64,000 nt of DNA. Origin: an uncultured Acidobacteriaceae bacterium (GTDB lineage: Bacteria > Acidobacteriota > Terriglobia > Terriglobales > Acidobacteriaceae). The DNA lies in the NCBI GenBank assembly GCA_903904755.1, contig CAIVDV010000045.1:43284-107283 (forward strand), read 5' to 3'. Numbering within the stretch: the first letter of the stretch is position 1; each line of letters begins with the position of its first letter. Below, piece after piece: positions 26,931 to 36,398 of the stretch. The notes under the pieces were generated by a model. The model saw only the letters and a program-made list of their open reading frames with translations, was not told where the DNA came from and ran no database searches. A program made the translations under genes and the position numbers.

Positions 26931-27961
26931 CGAGCGCCAGGGAAAGAGAAAACGCGCCCGAGTTGTTCCGCTTCCGGAAGTTGCTGGAAGATGAGCCGTT
27001 TCGCGTGCGATTTTTCCAGGCTGTGCGGATGATGCAGCGGCTGGAGCCGGACCGGACTCCGGTGGGGTATTTTGTGCCGCCGAGTGGCGAGGCAATCCGG
27101 TTCATGTCGCTGCCGACGCTGAATTTTCCGCCGAACCAGATTGATTCCATCCGGCGCAACGCGGATGGGCAGTACCAGATGACGGTGCAGTTCATGGGTT
27201 TGAGCTGCGGAATTGCTGTGCTTCCGCCACCGTATACCGAGCACTTGCTGGGCCTGATCCGGGACAAGAATCGGGCGATGGCAGATTTTTTTGACATCTT
27301 CAATCACCGCATGGTGTCGTTCTTTTATCGCGGGTGGGAGAAGTACCGGTTTTATATCGGGTGCGAGCGTGGGTCCGAGGATCCGGTTGCGCCGCGGTTG
27401 CTGGATTTGCTGGGGCTTGGGGAAGAGGGTCTGGCCAATGGGCTGGAGATTCCCGAGACGGCGCTGATGCACTATGTGGGCTTGCTGGGACGGCAGACGC
27501 GGTCTGCCGAGGCGCTGCGGAAGCTGCTGGAAGGGTACTTTGAGGTGCCGGTGGCGATTGAGCAGTTTGTGGGGACTTGGCGGAGCCTGCCGGCGGAGAA
27601 CCAGACGAAGTTTTCCGATATGGGTGGGCCGAGCGAGCAGTTGGGTGTGGGGGTTGTGGCGGGGGCTGAAGTGCTGGATATGCATGGGCGTATCCGGGTG
27701 GCGATTGGGCCGATGCGCTTTGAGCGTTACCTGCAGTTTCTTCCGGGGCAGTCGGCGAGCCGCGAGCTGGCATCGTGGATACGTTTTTACGCGAGCGGCA
27801 ACTATGAGGCAGAGGTGCAGTTGATTCTGGACCGGCGGGATGCGCCGAGCTGCGAGCTGGGCGGCGGTGGGAAGCTGAAGCCGCAACTGGGCTACGTGAG
27901 CTGGCTGAAGACGAAGCCGATGACAAGGAATCCGGCAGATGCGACGTATTTGATTGAGTAG
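26894..27961 (+). CDS. tssG: T6SS baseplate protein TssG
   Basis: FRVRFFQAVRMMQRL and FFDIFNHRMVSFFYRGW are typical of TssG. Overlaps tssF by 37 nt. Confidence 0.9.
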   Translation: MAAESGNPGAVVASARERENAPELFRFRKLLEDEPFRVRFFQAVRMMQRLEPDRTPVGYFVPPSGEAIRFMSLPTLNFPPNQIDSIRRNADGQYQMTVQFMGLSCGIAVLPPPYTEHLLGLIRDKNRAMADFFDIFNHRMVSFFYRGWEKYRFYIGCERGSEDPVAPRLLDLLGLGEEGLANGLEIPETALMHYVGLLGRQTRSAEALRKLLEGYFEVPVAIEQFVGTWRSLPAENQTKFSDMGGPSEQLGVGVVAGAEVLDMHGRIRVAIGPMRFERYLQFLPGQSASRELASWIRFYASGNYEAEVQLILDRRDAPSCELGGGGKLKPQLGYVSWLKTKPMTRNPADATYLIE

Positions 27962-28040
27962 CGCAGGGAAGTGTTCAGGGGAAAGAGATTATCCGGCATT
28001 TTGCGAAGTTTGATTTTTCGAAAGCAGGTCAGGAGAGGTC

Positions 28041-30683
28041 ATGGCAATCAACACGAAGTCACTTATTGCGAAGCTGAACGACACGACGCGCAGCATTCTG
28101 GAAGGTGCGGCTGGGCTTTGTCTTTCCCGGACGAACTACGACATTGAGATTGAGCATTTTCTGCTGAAGGCGCTGGAAAGCTCGGACAACGATATCGCGT
28201 GCATCCTGAAGCATTACGGTGTGGATGTGTCGCGGTTTACCAAGGAACTTGAGCGCACGGTGGATGGGTTCAAGCGGGGGAATGCGCGGAATCCGGCATT
28301 CAGCCCGGTGGTGTTCAAGGCGCTGGCAGAGGCGTGGTCCATTGGGAGCATCGATTACGATGCCGGCAGCATTCGCACCGGATTTGTGCTGATTGCGTTG
28401 CTGAGCAACGACGAGCTGGCGCGGCTGGTGCGGGATGTGAGCCGGGAGCTGCAACTGGTGGATTTGGCTGGGCTGCGCAAGGATTTCTACACGATTGTGG
28501 CGAAGTCGCGCGAGGTGCAGGCGGGGCTGAAGGCGGCTGCACCGGGAGCGGCCGGAGGCGCGGAGCAGGGCGCGCAGAAGGGCGGCGGGAAGACGCCGCA
28601 TCTGGACCAGTACACGGTGAATCTGACGGCGGATGCAAAGGCCGGCAAGATTGATCCGGTGCTGGGGCGCGACCACGAAGTGCGTCAGATGATTGACATT
28701 CTGATGCGGCGGCGGCAGAACAATCCCATTCTGACGGGCGAGGCCGGCGTAGGCAAGACGGCGGTGGTGGAAGGATTTGCAAATCGCATTGTGAGTGGGG
28801 ATGTGCCCGAGGCGCTGAAGGGCGTGCGCGTGCACTCGCTGGACCTGGCGCTGCTGCAGGCGGGCGCGGGCGTGAAGGGCGAGTTTGAGAACCGCCTGAA
28901 GGGGCTTATCAACGAGATCAAGTCGTCGACGGAGAAGATTATTCTCTTCATCGATGAGGCGCACACGATGATTGGCGCGGGCGGACAGGCTGGGCAGAAC
29001 GATGCGGCCAACCTTCTGAAGCCGGCACTGGCGCGTGGCGAGTTGCGCACGATTGCGGCGACGACGTGGTCGGAGTACAAGAAGTATTTTGAAAAGGATC
29101 CGGCGCTGGCGCGGCGGTTCCAGGTGGTGAAGGTGGAAGAGCCGAGCGAAGAGACGGCGTGCACGATGCTGCGCGGGATTGTCGCTTCGCTGGAGAAGCA
29201 CCACAATCTGCGGATTCTGGACGAGGCGGTAACGGCGACGGTGAAACTGTCGCATCGCTACATCGCGGGACGGCAGTTGCCGGACAAGGCAGTGAGTGTG
29301 CTGGATACGGCATGCGCGCGGCTGAGCCTGGGGCAGGAGGCGACGCCGCCGCTGATTGAAGACTCGCAGCGGCGGATTGATGCGTGGGAAGTGCAGAAGC
29401 GCAAGCTGGGTCGCGAGACGGTGATTGGCGCGGACCATGCGGAGAAGCTGGAGGAGATTGACGCGAAGATCGCGGCCGAGAAGGCGAGCCTGGATGAGTT
29501 GACGGTCCGCTGGGAGAAGGAGAAGGGGCTGGTCGGCAAGATTCGCGAGATCCACGAGAAGCTGGAGAAGCCGGCGGCTGACGGAAGCGCACCGGATACG
29601 GATGCGCTGGTGAAGGAACTGAATGAGTTGAAGGCGGAGCTGCTGCTGGTGCAGGGCGAGCGCGGGCTGATGCAAATCTCAGTGGATGCGCAGATTGTGG
29701 GCGAAGTGATCTCGGCCTGGACGGGGATTCCGCTGGGCAAGATGATGAAGGACGAGATTGAGACTGTGCTGAGCCTGGAGCAACTGCTGACCAAGCGGGT
29801 GATTGGCCAGGACCACGCGCAGAAGCTGATTGCACAGCGGATTACGACTTCGCGGGCGCAACTGGATGATCCGGTGAAGCCGGTGGGTGTGTTCATGCTG
29901 GTGGGCCCGAGCGGTGTGGGGAAGACGGAGACGGCGATTGCGCTGGCGGACCTGCTGTATGGCGGTGAGAAGAACATGATCACCATCAACATGAGCGAGT
30001 TCCAGGAAGCGCACACGGTTTCGACGCTGAAGGGCGCGCCTCCGGGATATGTGGGCTACGGCGAGGGCGGGGTGCTGACGGAAGCAGTGCGGCGCAGGCC
30101 CTACTCGGTGGTGCTGCTGGATGAGGTGGAGAAGGCGCATCCGGATGTGCTGGAGCTGTTCTTCCAGGTGTTTGACAAGGGCAAGATGGAAGATGGCGAA
30201 GGCCGGGAGATTGACTTCCGGAATACGATCATCATCCTGACGAGCAATGCGGCGACGGATACGCTGATGAAGCTGACGGCAGATCCGGAGACGATGCCGG
30301 GGCCTGAGGCGCTGGTGGCGGCGATGAAGCCGGAGCTGAACAAGATCTTCAAGCCAGCGTTCCTGGGTCGCATGATGGTGGTGCCGTACTTCCCGGTACG
30401 CGACGAGGCGTTGAAGCAGATTATCCGGCTGAAGCTGGGCAAGATTGTGCGCCGGCTGCAGGAGACGCACCGCATTACCATGAGCTACGACGACGCGCTG
30501 CTGAACGAGGTGGCGGCGCGTTGCACGGAAGTGGAAAGCGGCGCGCGCAACGTGGACAACATACTTTCCAATACGATGCTTCCAGAGATTTCGCGGCAGA
30601 TTCTGTCGCGCATCTCAGAGGAAGTTCCGATTGAGCGGGTGAGTGTTTCGGTTGCCGATGGTGCGATGACGTACGAGTGGTAG
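28041..30683 (+). CDS. clpV: T6SS AAA+ disaggregase ClpV (TssH)
   Basis: 880 aa. Clp N-domain, two Walker A sites (GEAGVGKT and GPSGVGKT), and Walker B sites (ILFIDEAH and [11 protein letters not shown]). Confidence 0.93.
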   Translation: MAINTKSLIAKLNDTTRSILEGAAGLCLSRTNYDIEIEHFLLKALESSDNDIACILKHYGVDVSRFTKELERTVDGFKRGNARNPAFSPVVFKALAEAWSIGSIDYDAGSIRTGFVLIALLSNDELARLVRDVSRELQLVDLAGLRKDFYTIVAKSREVQAGLKAAAPGAAGGAEQGAQKGGGKTPHLDQYTVNLTADAKAGKIDPVLGRDHEVRQMIDILMRRRQNNPILTGEAGVGKTAVVEGFANRIVSGDVPEALKGVRVHSLDLALLQAGAGVKGEFENRLKGLINEIKSSTEKIILFIDEAHTMIGAGGQAGQNDAANLLKPALARGELRTIAATTWSEYKKYFEKDPALARRFQVVKVEEPSEETACTMLRGIVASLEKHHNLRILDEAVTATVKLSHRYIAGRQLPDKAVSVLDTACARLSLGQEATPPLIEDSQRRIDAWEVQKRKLGRETVIGADHAEKLEEIDAKIAAEKASLDELTVRWEKEKGLVGKIREIHEKLEKPAADGSAPDTDALVKELNELKAELLLVQGERGLMQISVDAQIVGEVISAWTGIPLGKMMKDEIETVLSLEQLLTKRVIGQDHAQKLIAQRITTSRAQLDDPVKPVGVFMLVGPSGVGKTETAIALADLLYGGEKNMITINMSEFQEAHTVSTLKGAPPGYVGYGEGGVLTEAVRRRPYSVVLLDEVEKAHPDVLELFFQVFDKGKMEDGEGREIDFRNTIIILTSNAATDTLMKLTADPETMPGPEALVAAMKPELNKIFKPAFLGRMMVVPYFPVRDEALKQIIRLKLGKIVRRLQETHRITMSYDDALLNEVAARCTEVESGARNVDNILSNTMLPEISRQILSRISEEVPIERVSVSVADGAMTYEW

Positions 30684-30700
30684 CAGAGCAGGGTGGTCTT

Positions 30701-30734
30701 CCGCAGGGTGCATTTTCAGGAGTGCACCCTGCGG
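30701..30734 (+). terminator. Strong intra-operon hairpin between clpV and vgrG (candidate partial terminator or processing site)
   Basis: Perfect 12-bp stem CCGCAGGGTGCA / TGCACCCTGCGG with a 10-nt loop, followed by GACAGTTTTGAG (weak U tract). Confidence 0.4.
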
Positions 30735-30825
30735 GACAGTTTTGAGAAGGCGCATCGGCTTTGCGGCTGATGCGGCAGTACCGATGCTGGTGACAGCAGC
30801 GCATTTTTGAAGGGTGGGTGACGCC

Positions 30826-32892
30826 ATGTGCCCTATCAAGCAGACAGACCGGTTGATGCAGTTCTCCAGCGATGCGGGCAAGGATGTGCTTGTTCTGGAT
30901 ACGTTTCGTGGAGTTGAGGGGATTTCGCGACTGTTTGAATTTCAGGCGGAGTTGCTGTCTGAAATCGACGACACGATAGATCCGAAGACGATGGTGGGAT
31001 CGAAGGCCTCGATACACATCAACCTGAATGACGCGCAAGGGACCCGCCACTTCAGCGGAATCGTGGCCAGCTTTGAGCAGGGGCTGGGAGACAAGGAGTT
31101 CAGCAACTACACAGCGCGGATTGTGCCTCCGGTGTGGCAGTTGACGCTGGCGACCAATTGCCGGGTTTACCAGGACAAGTCGGTGGTGGATATCGTCAAG
31201 GCGATTGTGCAGAGCTACGGGATAACGATTACGGACCAGACGTCGAGCACCTACAAGCCGCTGGAATACTGCACGCAATATAACGAGACGGATTTTGATT
31301 TCATTTCTCGATTGATGGAGCAGGCAGGCATCTACTACTGGTTTGTGCATGAGGAGAGCAATTGCAGTTTTGCGATTGGGGATTCCGCCACTGTTGCGCC
31401 AGAGTGCCCGAATTCGGCGCAGGTTGCGTATTCCGCGCAGACGGCTGGAGCGGAGGGAACGTACGGGGCATCCGTGACGGAGTTGACATCGACGGCGACG
31501 ATGGTTACCGGTCAGCACGCGATGCGTGATTTTGATTTCCGGAGCTATGGGAGCCCGCTGTCGAAGTATGACGCGGAGAAGAGTTCGAGCCCGTTTGGGA
31601 AGAATGCGTACGAGCGATATTCGTGGCCTGCGGGCGAGCAAGGGTATGTGAAAAAGACTGACTCGATGCAGTCGAAGGACCAATTTGGAAAAGGGTTTAC
31701 GGATGCGCAGAGGACTGCGTCGGATGCCCGGGCTGAGGTGTATCGAGGGCAGTCGAATGCGCGCGGCCTAGTGACCGGGAACTTGTTTACATTGAGCGGC
31801 CATGAGATTGCAGGATGGAACCAGAAATACCTTTTGACGGAGATTGTGCATCATGCTGAGCAGGCACCTTCGTACCGGAGCAGTGGGACGGATTCCGGCG
31901 GATATCAGAACCAGTTCACGGCGATTGTTTCGACGGTGAAATTCAGCCCGACGCGGGTTACTCCGCGGCCGCGGATATTCGGGATGCAGACGGCCAAGGT
32001 GGTGGTGGAGAGCGGGGAAGAGATATCGCTGGACAAGTATGGGCGGATTTGCGTGGCGATGTGGTGGGACCGGGACCGGGAAGACAAGATGGACAACACC
32101 TGGGTTCGGGTTGCTCAGCCATGGGCAGGCAAGGGCTGGGGGATGTACTTCTGGCCGCGCATAGGCGACGAGGTGGTCATCCAGTTTATTGATGGGGATC
32201 CGGATTGCCCGCTGTGCATTGGCTCGGTGTACAACAGCGACAATATGCCGAAGTATGCGTTGCCGGATATGAGCACGCGGTCAGGGATATATACGCGGAG
32301 CAGCAAGGGTGGTGGAGCAGACAACGCAAACGAGATTCGATTTGAAGACAAGATGGGCAGCGAGCAGATCTTTATCAACGCGGAGAAGGATATGGATCTT
32401 CGCGTCGAGAACGATGCGCGGCGTTTTGTGGGAGGAAAAGATTCGCTGATTGTGAAGCTGGACCAGATGAGCAAGATCAGTGGCGGTCAGCATATTGAGG
32501 TGGCAGGTGCCAGGGCAGAGAAGGTTGGGGGAGATGCGAGCCTGAACGTTGGGATGAATCAGAACGAGAAGGTGGGGCAAAACCTGAGCGTGGATGTGGG
32601 GATGAACCACGCAGCCAAGGCCGGGATGAACTACACGATGGACGCCGGTATGAGCCTTTATCTGAAGGGCGGAATGAATGTGGTGATTGAGGGCGGGATG
32701 ACGCTGAGCTTGAAGGCGGGTGGCGGTTTTATTGCCATTGGGCCTGAGGGTGTGGCGATTTCCGGGCCGATGGTTTTGATTAACAGCGGAGGCGCCGCGA
32801 CGCCGGGAGAGCCAGGGCAGTTGCAGAGTCCGACAGCGCCGACGGCGCCGGACGAGGCCGATGATGGCACGGTGGGCGGGAAGATGAACTAG
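30826..32892 (+). CDS. vgrG: T6SS spike protein VgrG (TssI), no C-terminal effector extension
   Basis: FRGVEGISRLFEFQAELLS (gp27-like N-terminus) and WVRVAQPWAGKGWGMYFWPRIGDEVVIQFIDGDPDCPLCIGSVYN (gp5 OB region), then a beta-helix-like repeat. The ATG at 30826 is preferred; GTG at 30814 is the alternative. Confidence 0.92.
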   Translation: MCPIKQTDRLMQFSSDAGKDVLVLDTFRGVEGISRLFEFQAELLSEIDDTIDPKTMVGSKASIHINLNDAQGTRHFSGIVASFEQGLGDKEFSNYTARIVPPVWQLTLATNCRVYQDKSVVDIVKAIVQSYGITITDQTSSTYKPLEYCTQYNETDFDFISRLMEQAGIYYWFVHEESNCSFAIGDSATVAPECPNSAQVAYSAQTAGAEGTYGASVTELTSTATMVTGQHAMRDFDFRSYGSPLSKYDAEKSSSPFGKNAYERYSWPAGEQGYVKKTDSMQSKDQFGKGFTDAQRTASDARAEVYRGQSNARGLVTGNLFTLSGHEIAGWNQKYLLTEIVHHAEQAPSYRSSGTDSGGYQNQFTAIVSTVKFSPTRVTPRPRIFGMQTAKVVVESGEEISLDKYGRICVAMWWDRDREDKMDNTWVRVAQPWAGKGWGMYFWPRIGDEVVIQFIDGDPDCPLCIGSVYNSDNMPKYALPDMSTRSGIYTRSSKGGGADNANEIRFEDKMGSEQIFINAEKDMDLRVENDARRFVGGKDSLIVKLDQMSKISGGQHIEVAGARAEKVGGDASLNVGMNQNEKVGQNLSVDVGMNHAAKAGMNYTMDAGMSLYLKGGMNVVIEGGMTLSLKAGGGFIAIGPEGVAISGPMVLINSGGAATPGEPGQLQSPTAPTAPDEADDGTVGGKMN

Positions 32893-32937
32893 CGCGCGCG
32901 AACCGGAGAAGGCACGAAGCAACGCAGACGGTGAGAT

Positions 32938-33423
32938 GTGAACCCAGCGACCGAACAGCAACGGATTGAGCAGGCATTCCCGCAGGTGGGACGCTGGGTG
33001 ATTACCGCGTTTCCGCCGGGCTGGATGTATGTGCCTGGGTTCGGGATACGACAGATGCCGGTGAGTCAGGGCCAGGTGATGGCCAATGTGGGATTGGGCG
33101 AGGACGTGACGGGCGGTGCTCCGCTGGCTGAGTACATTGGCAAGCAGACCAAGATGATGGAGCAGCACCTGAAGGAGCCGAAGATCGCGGGGCCGCAGGG
33201 AACGGGTTTTGCGGGGGCGGAGGAGGCGCAGTTGCTGATGGTGCGCCATGCGCCAGGGGCCGGGGAGTCGATGCTGCATGTTCAGATTTACATTCGCGTG
33301 GGCGAGTGGATTGGGATTGTGACGCTTACGACGGCAGAGGCGCAGGTGCGCGAGGTGCGTCCGGCGTATGACTATTTTGTAAAGGGATTGCGGATGAAGG
33401 CAGGCGATGCCGGTGGGAGATGA
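32938..33423 (+). CDS. Probable Eag-type (DUF1795/DcrB-like) effector chaperone
   Basis: 161 aa with a GTG start and GGTGAG 5 nt upstream. It sits between vgrG and a PAAR effector. Its pattern (LAEYIGKQTKMMEQHL...HVQIYIRVGEWIGIVTLTT...YDYFVKGL) resembles DUF1795 proteins. Family assignment is by eye only. Confidence 0.5.
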   Translation: MNPATEQQRIEQAFPQVGRWVITAFPPGWMYVPGFGIRQMPVSQGQVMANVGLGEDVTGGAPLAEYIGKQTKMMEQHLKEPKIAGPQGTGFAGAEEAQLLMVRHAPGAGESMLHVQIYIRVGEWIGIVTLTTAEAQVREVRPAYDYFVKGLRMKAGDAGGR

Positions 33424-33452
33424 AGATTTGAGAGGAAAGGAGGAAGACGCGA

Positions 33453-34313
33453 ATGCCCCCAGCAGCACGATTGACTGATATGCATACCTGTCCGATGGTG
33501 ACGGGAATAGTGCCGCACGTGGGCGGGCCGATTATTCCGCCGGTGGCGATGACGGTGCTGATTGATTTTTTGCCGGCTGCAACGATGACATCGCAGGCGG
33601 TGTGCGTGGGGCCGCCGGACATGGTGATCATGGGCTCGACGGGGGTGTTCATCAACTATCTGCCGGCGGCGCGGATGGGCGACCCGACGGTGCATGGCGG
33701 AGTGATTGTCCTGGGCGCGATGAATGTGATTATCGGCGAGACCGGCGCGCCGTCACCGGGTGGTGGGGGTGCTGGTGCGGTGATGGCGGGGCTGGTGGTT
33801 GCGGGGGTAGTGGGGCCATTTTCAGCCAATGCGAGCAAGCTGAGCGAGCCGGGAGTGGCGAGCGACGGGAGCAGCGTATTCGACAATAACCAGTACCCGG
33901 ATACGCCACTGGGGAGACAGAAGAAGGCGGAGGATTTCTACTCGCAGGCGGGTTGGCCGGAGAAGAAGATTGCCAGCCATGTTGCCGGGATTGACCTGAG
34001 CCAGCCGGTGGAGGTTGAGGTTCTGGAGCCCGGGACGGTGGTGAAGCAGTGGGTTGATGCGGATACTGGGCAAGGGAATTACTTTGACGCGGATGCTTCA
34101 CCGGAGGAGTTGGGGATATGCCCCCTGTCGGTGCAGCCGAGAGTGCTGAAGAGTTTTGTGGTGACGAAGAAGACGCTGGTGTTGAAGTCCAAGGCGGCAC
34201 CTGTCACGATTGACTGGCGGCCCGGACCGCCGGTGAAGGTGCCGGGCGGGGCCAGCCAGATGTTTGCCTTACCGCAATCGAGCGGGAACTTTGGGAACGG
34301 AGCTGGAGCATGA
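33453..34313 (+). CDS. PAAR-domain effector with a hydrophobic linker and a C-terminal toxin domain (candidate TNT/Tse6-like NAD(P)+ glycohydrolase)
   Basis: PAAR domain aa 1-96 (MPPAARLTDMHTCP...LPAARMGDPTVHGG...NVIIGE). Gly-rich and hydrophobic segment GAGAVMAGLVVAGVVGPF. C-terminal ~140 aa contain GNYF...P.ELG...FVVTKK..VLKS.AAP...PGGASQMF. AGGAGGA lies upstream of the ATG. Confidence 0.8.
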   Translation: MPPAARLTDMHTCPMVTGIVPHVGGPIIPPVAMTVLIDFLPAATMTSQAVCVGPPDMVIMGSTGVFINYLPAARMGDPTVHGGVIVLGAMNVIIGETGAPSPGGGGAGAVMAGLVVAGVVGPFSANASKLSEPGVASDGSSVFDNNQYPDTPLGRQKKAEDFYSQAGWPEKKIASHVAGIDLSQPVEVEVLEPGTVVKQWVDADTGQGNYFDADASPEELGICPLSVQPRVLKSFVVTKKTLVLKSKAAPVTIDWRPGPPVKVPGGASQMFALPQSSGNFGNGAGA

Positions 34314-34603
34314 CGCAAAACGAGCGATTGCAGTTGTTCCAACGGGCTCTGGAAGGGGTCTACCGGCTTGAGGTTCGGAACCCAGGGTATCCGCCGCTGG
34401 AGTCGATTCACAACCAGTTGCTTTACCTGATTGCGCTGGAATCTGGTCAGGCAGTGAACCCGGAGAATCTGAAGAAGATCAACATCGGGGTGCTGACGGC
34501 GCGAGAGGTGGAGCGGCGGAGCGACGAGACGGCGAATCTGTTGTACCTGGTGGCGACGGAAGTGGACGCGATGATGTTGGAGCGGCGGATTCCGCAGGAG
34601 TAG
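34310..34603 (+). CDS. Cognate immunity protein candidate (Tsi6-like by pattern)
   Basis: 97 aa, predicted all-helical, with an ATGA 4-nt overlap with the toxin gene (translational coupling). NPGYPPLESIHNQLLYLIAL and IGVLTAREVE resemble my recollection of the Tsi6 family. Confidence 0.6.
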   Translation: MTQNERLQLFQRALEGVYRLEVRNPGYPPLESIHNQLLYLIALESGQAVNPENLKKINIGVLTAREVERRSDETANLLYLVATEVDAMMLERRIPQE

Positions 34604-34616
34604 GCCGGGGCCGGGT

Positions 34617-35718
34617 TCAGCGGATGTCTTTGTACTCCATGAGGCCGCGGGGCCGGTCTGCGCGGTGGTCGAGCCACCAGACGAGCTGGCCGATCACGAT
34701 AGGGACCTGCTGCAGGTGGGAGTGCAATCCGTAGAGGATGAGGGTAACCCAGGAGTCAGACTTCCAGCGATAGCGGTAGGCGGTTCTCAGAGCCATGGCA
34801 ACCAGCATGGCAAGCCAGAGACTGAGGGGCAACAATGCCATGAGGCGGCGGTGTTCTGCGAAGACGCCAAGGGTGTCGGGTGGGAGCAACGCGGCGAGAA
34901 GGGTAGCGGTAAAGACCGGGAGGAAGGTTCCAGCCCAGAGGATGCCGCTGATGCGGTTGCGTCGGGCTTCAGCGCTCCAGAAGGGGTCTCCGGTAGAGCG
35001 GAAGCGAGCAGAAACCTGGGCGAAGGCATAGCCTGCGCGCAGGAGCCTGCGCCAGTACTGGCCGAAGCGGTAGATGGCGAGATCGTGGTCTGTCATGGGG
35101 ATGGCGAGGTGCTGGATTTGCCAGTTGCGCTCGCGCAGACGGCGGCAGAGGTCGGGTTCTTCGCCTGCGATAAGGGTTGAGTCGAAGCCGCCGGCTTCTC
35201 TCAGTGCGTGAAAGCGAATGAGGGTATCGCCGCCAAAGAAGGCTCGTTCGCCCGGGTCGCAGACCCAGTCGAGATTGAGAACACGGGTATAGATTGAGTG
35301 ATTTCCTGCGAGTTCGCGGCGCTGGCCGAAGACGGCGGCCACCTCGGGATTCAGGACGAGGAATTGCCAGGCGAGGAGGGGGGAAGTCGGGATGGAGGAC
35401 GGTGTCGCCGTCGAGAAAGAGGATGAAGTTGGGTTGCAGGGTCTGGGCAGCGACCCGCCATCCGGCATTGCGGCCGCGGGCGGCTGTCATTTGCCCGTCG
35501 CGCAGGCGAATGACGCGTATGCCAGCCTGCTCCGCGAGTTGTGGGCTGTCGTCAGAGGAGTCGGAATCCACGTAAATAATGCCGGCGATTTCGAGTTCGT
35601 TTGTCTGGTTGGCGGCCCTTACGGAAGCGATGCATCGGGGGAGGCGTTCGCCCTCGTTGCGGCCGATGGCGACGACGGCGATTCTTGCCCTGGGGACAGA
35701 GGACGAATTAGTGGACAT
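34617..35718 (-). pseudogene. Family 2 glycosyltransferase split by a frameshift in a C6/G6 homopolymer
   Basis: ORF 34969..35718 reads as a good GT-A N-terminus (AVVAIGRNEGERL...YVDSDSSDDS...FLDGDTVLHPDF) and then becomes nonsense. ORF 34617..35468 is nonsense and then a good C-terminus (LLAWQFLVLNPEVAAVFGQRRE...AGEEPDLCRRLR...TM helices). The frames switch at GGGGGG, 35378-35383. Removing one base gives ...HPDFPLLAWQF... Confidence 0.8.
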
Positions 35719-36376
35719 CGCTGCCTCCCGAGGGCCCGCCAGAAAGGGATGGAAGCGGTGAGGGTTCCTCTGCCGGGTGGAGAGTGCGAGCGGGTGCGCC
35801 GGCTACAACGGTATATGGAGCGACATTGCGGGTGACGACGGAGTTGGCACCGATGGTGGCGCCGTCGCCGATGGTAACGCCGGCGAGGACGGCAACACCC
35901 CGGCCAATCCAGACTTCGTTGCCGATGTGGATGGGGCTGGAGTCGTGGCCGGAGTCGCGCATGGTTGAGCCTGGGATGCGGCGGTGGTTGGAGTCGCGGA
36001 TGCTGACGTATTCGCCGACCATGGTGCCGTCGCCGATGGTGATGCCGGCCATGGCTACGAGATGGACGCCGCGGGAGAGAACTACTTCATTGCCGAGGAT
36101 GATTTCGGCCGGACCCTGGGTTTCAAAGTGAAGGTCGGGATAGAGCAGGAGATTGTCGCCACAACGAATGTTTCTGGTCCCGTAGAGTGCGACCTTACCG
36201 AGGACAACTGTGGAAGTTGAGAGTGGGTGCTTCAGCTTGCTTTGGAGATATGCAAAGGAGTGGAGGCGCCTGAGCCCGCCTGCGAAGCGGGCGAGGATGC
36301 GCTCCATCCATATGACCGGCTGCGCCAACGCGAACTTGAGGGGCTTTGCCGACATGTGCCTGCATTCTCCGTGCAT
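35708..36376 (-). CDS. Left-handed beta-helix (hexapeptide repeat) acyl/acetyltransferase
   Basis: Hexapeptide repeats: IILGNEVVLSRGVHLVAMAGITIGDGTMVGEYVSI...IHIGNEVWIGRGVAVLAGVTIGDGATIGANSVV. The start is uncertain (36376 or 36355). Confidence 0.85.
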   Translation of the reverse strand: MHGECRHMSAKPLKFALAQPVIWMERILARFAGGLRRLHSFAYLQSKLKHPLSTSTVVLGKVALYGTRNIRCGDNLLLYPDLHFETQGPAEIILGNEVVLSRGVHLVAMAGITIGDGTMVGEYVSIRDSNHRRIPGSTMRDSGHDSSPIHIGNEVWIGRGVAVLAGVTIGDGATIGANSVVTRNVAPYTVVAGAPARTLHPAEEPSPLPSLSGGPSGGSDVH

Positions 36377-36398
36377 ATTTACCGGGAGGGCTGAGGGT

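Noticed and set aside
28059-29835. 538-aa and 295-aa minus-strand ORFs antisense to clpV.
   Set aside because: They have Arg/Leu/Gln/His-rich or Pro/Ser/Ala-rich shadow composition. The ClpV frame carries both AAA+ Walker motifs.
8758-34700. Mobile-element signatures (integrase, transposase, att direct repeat of the tRNA 3' end) flanking the T6SS locus.
   Set aside because: None was seen in the window, so I make no mobile_element call.
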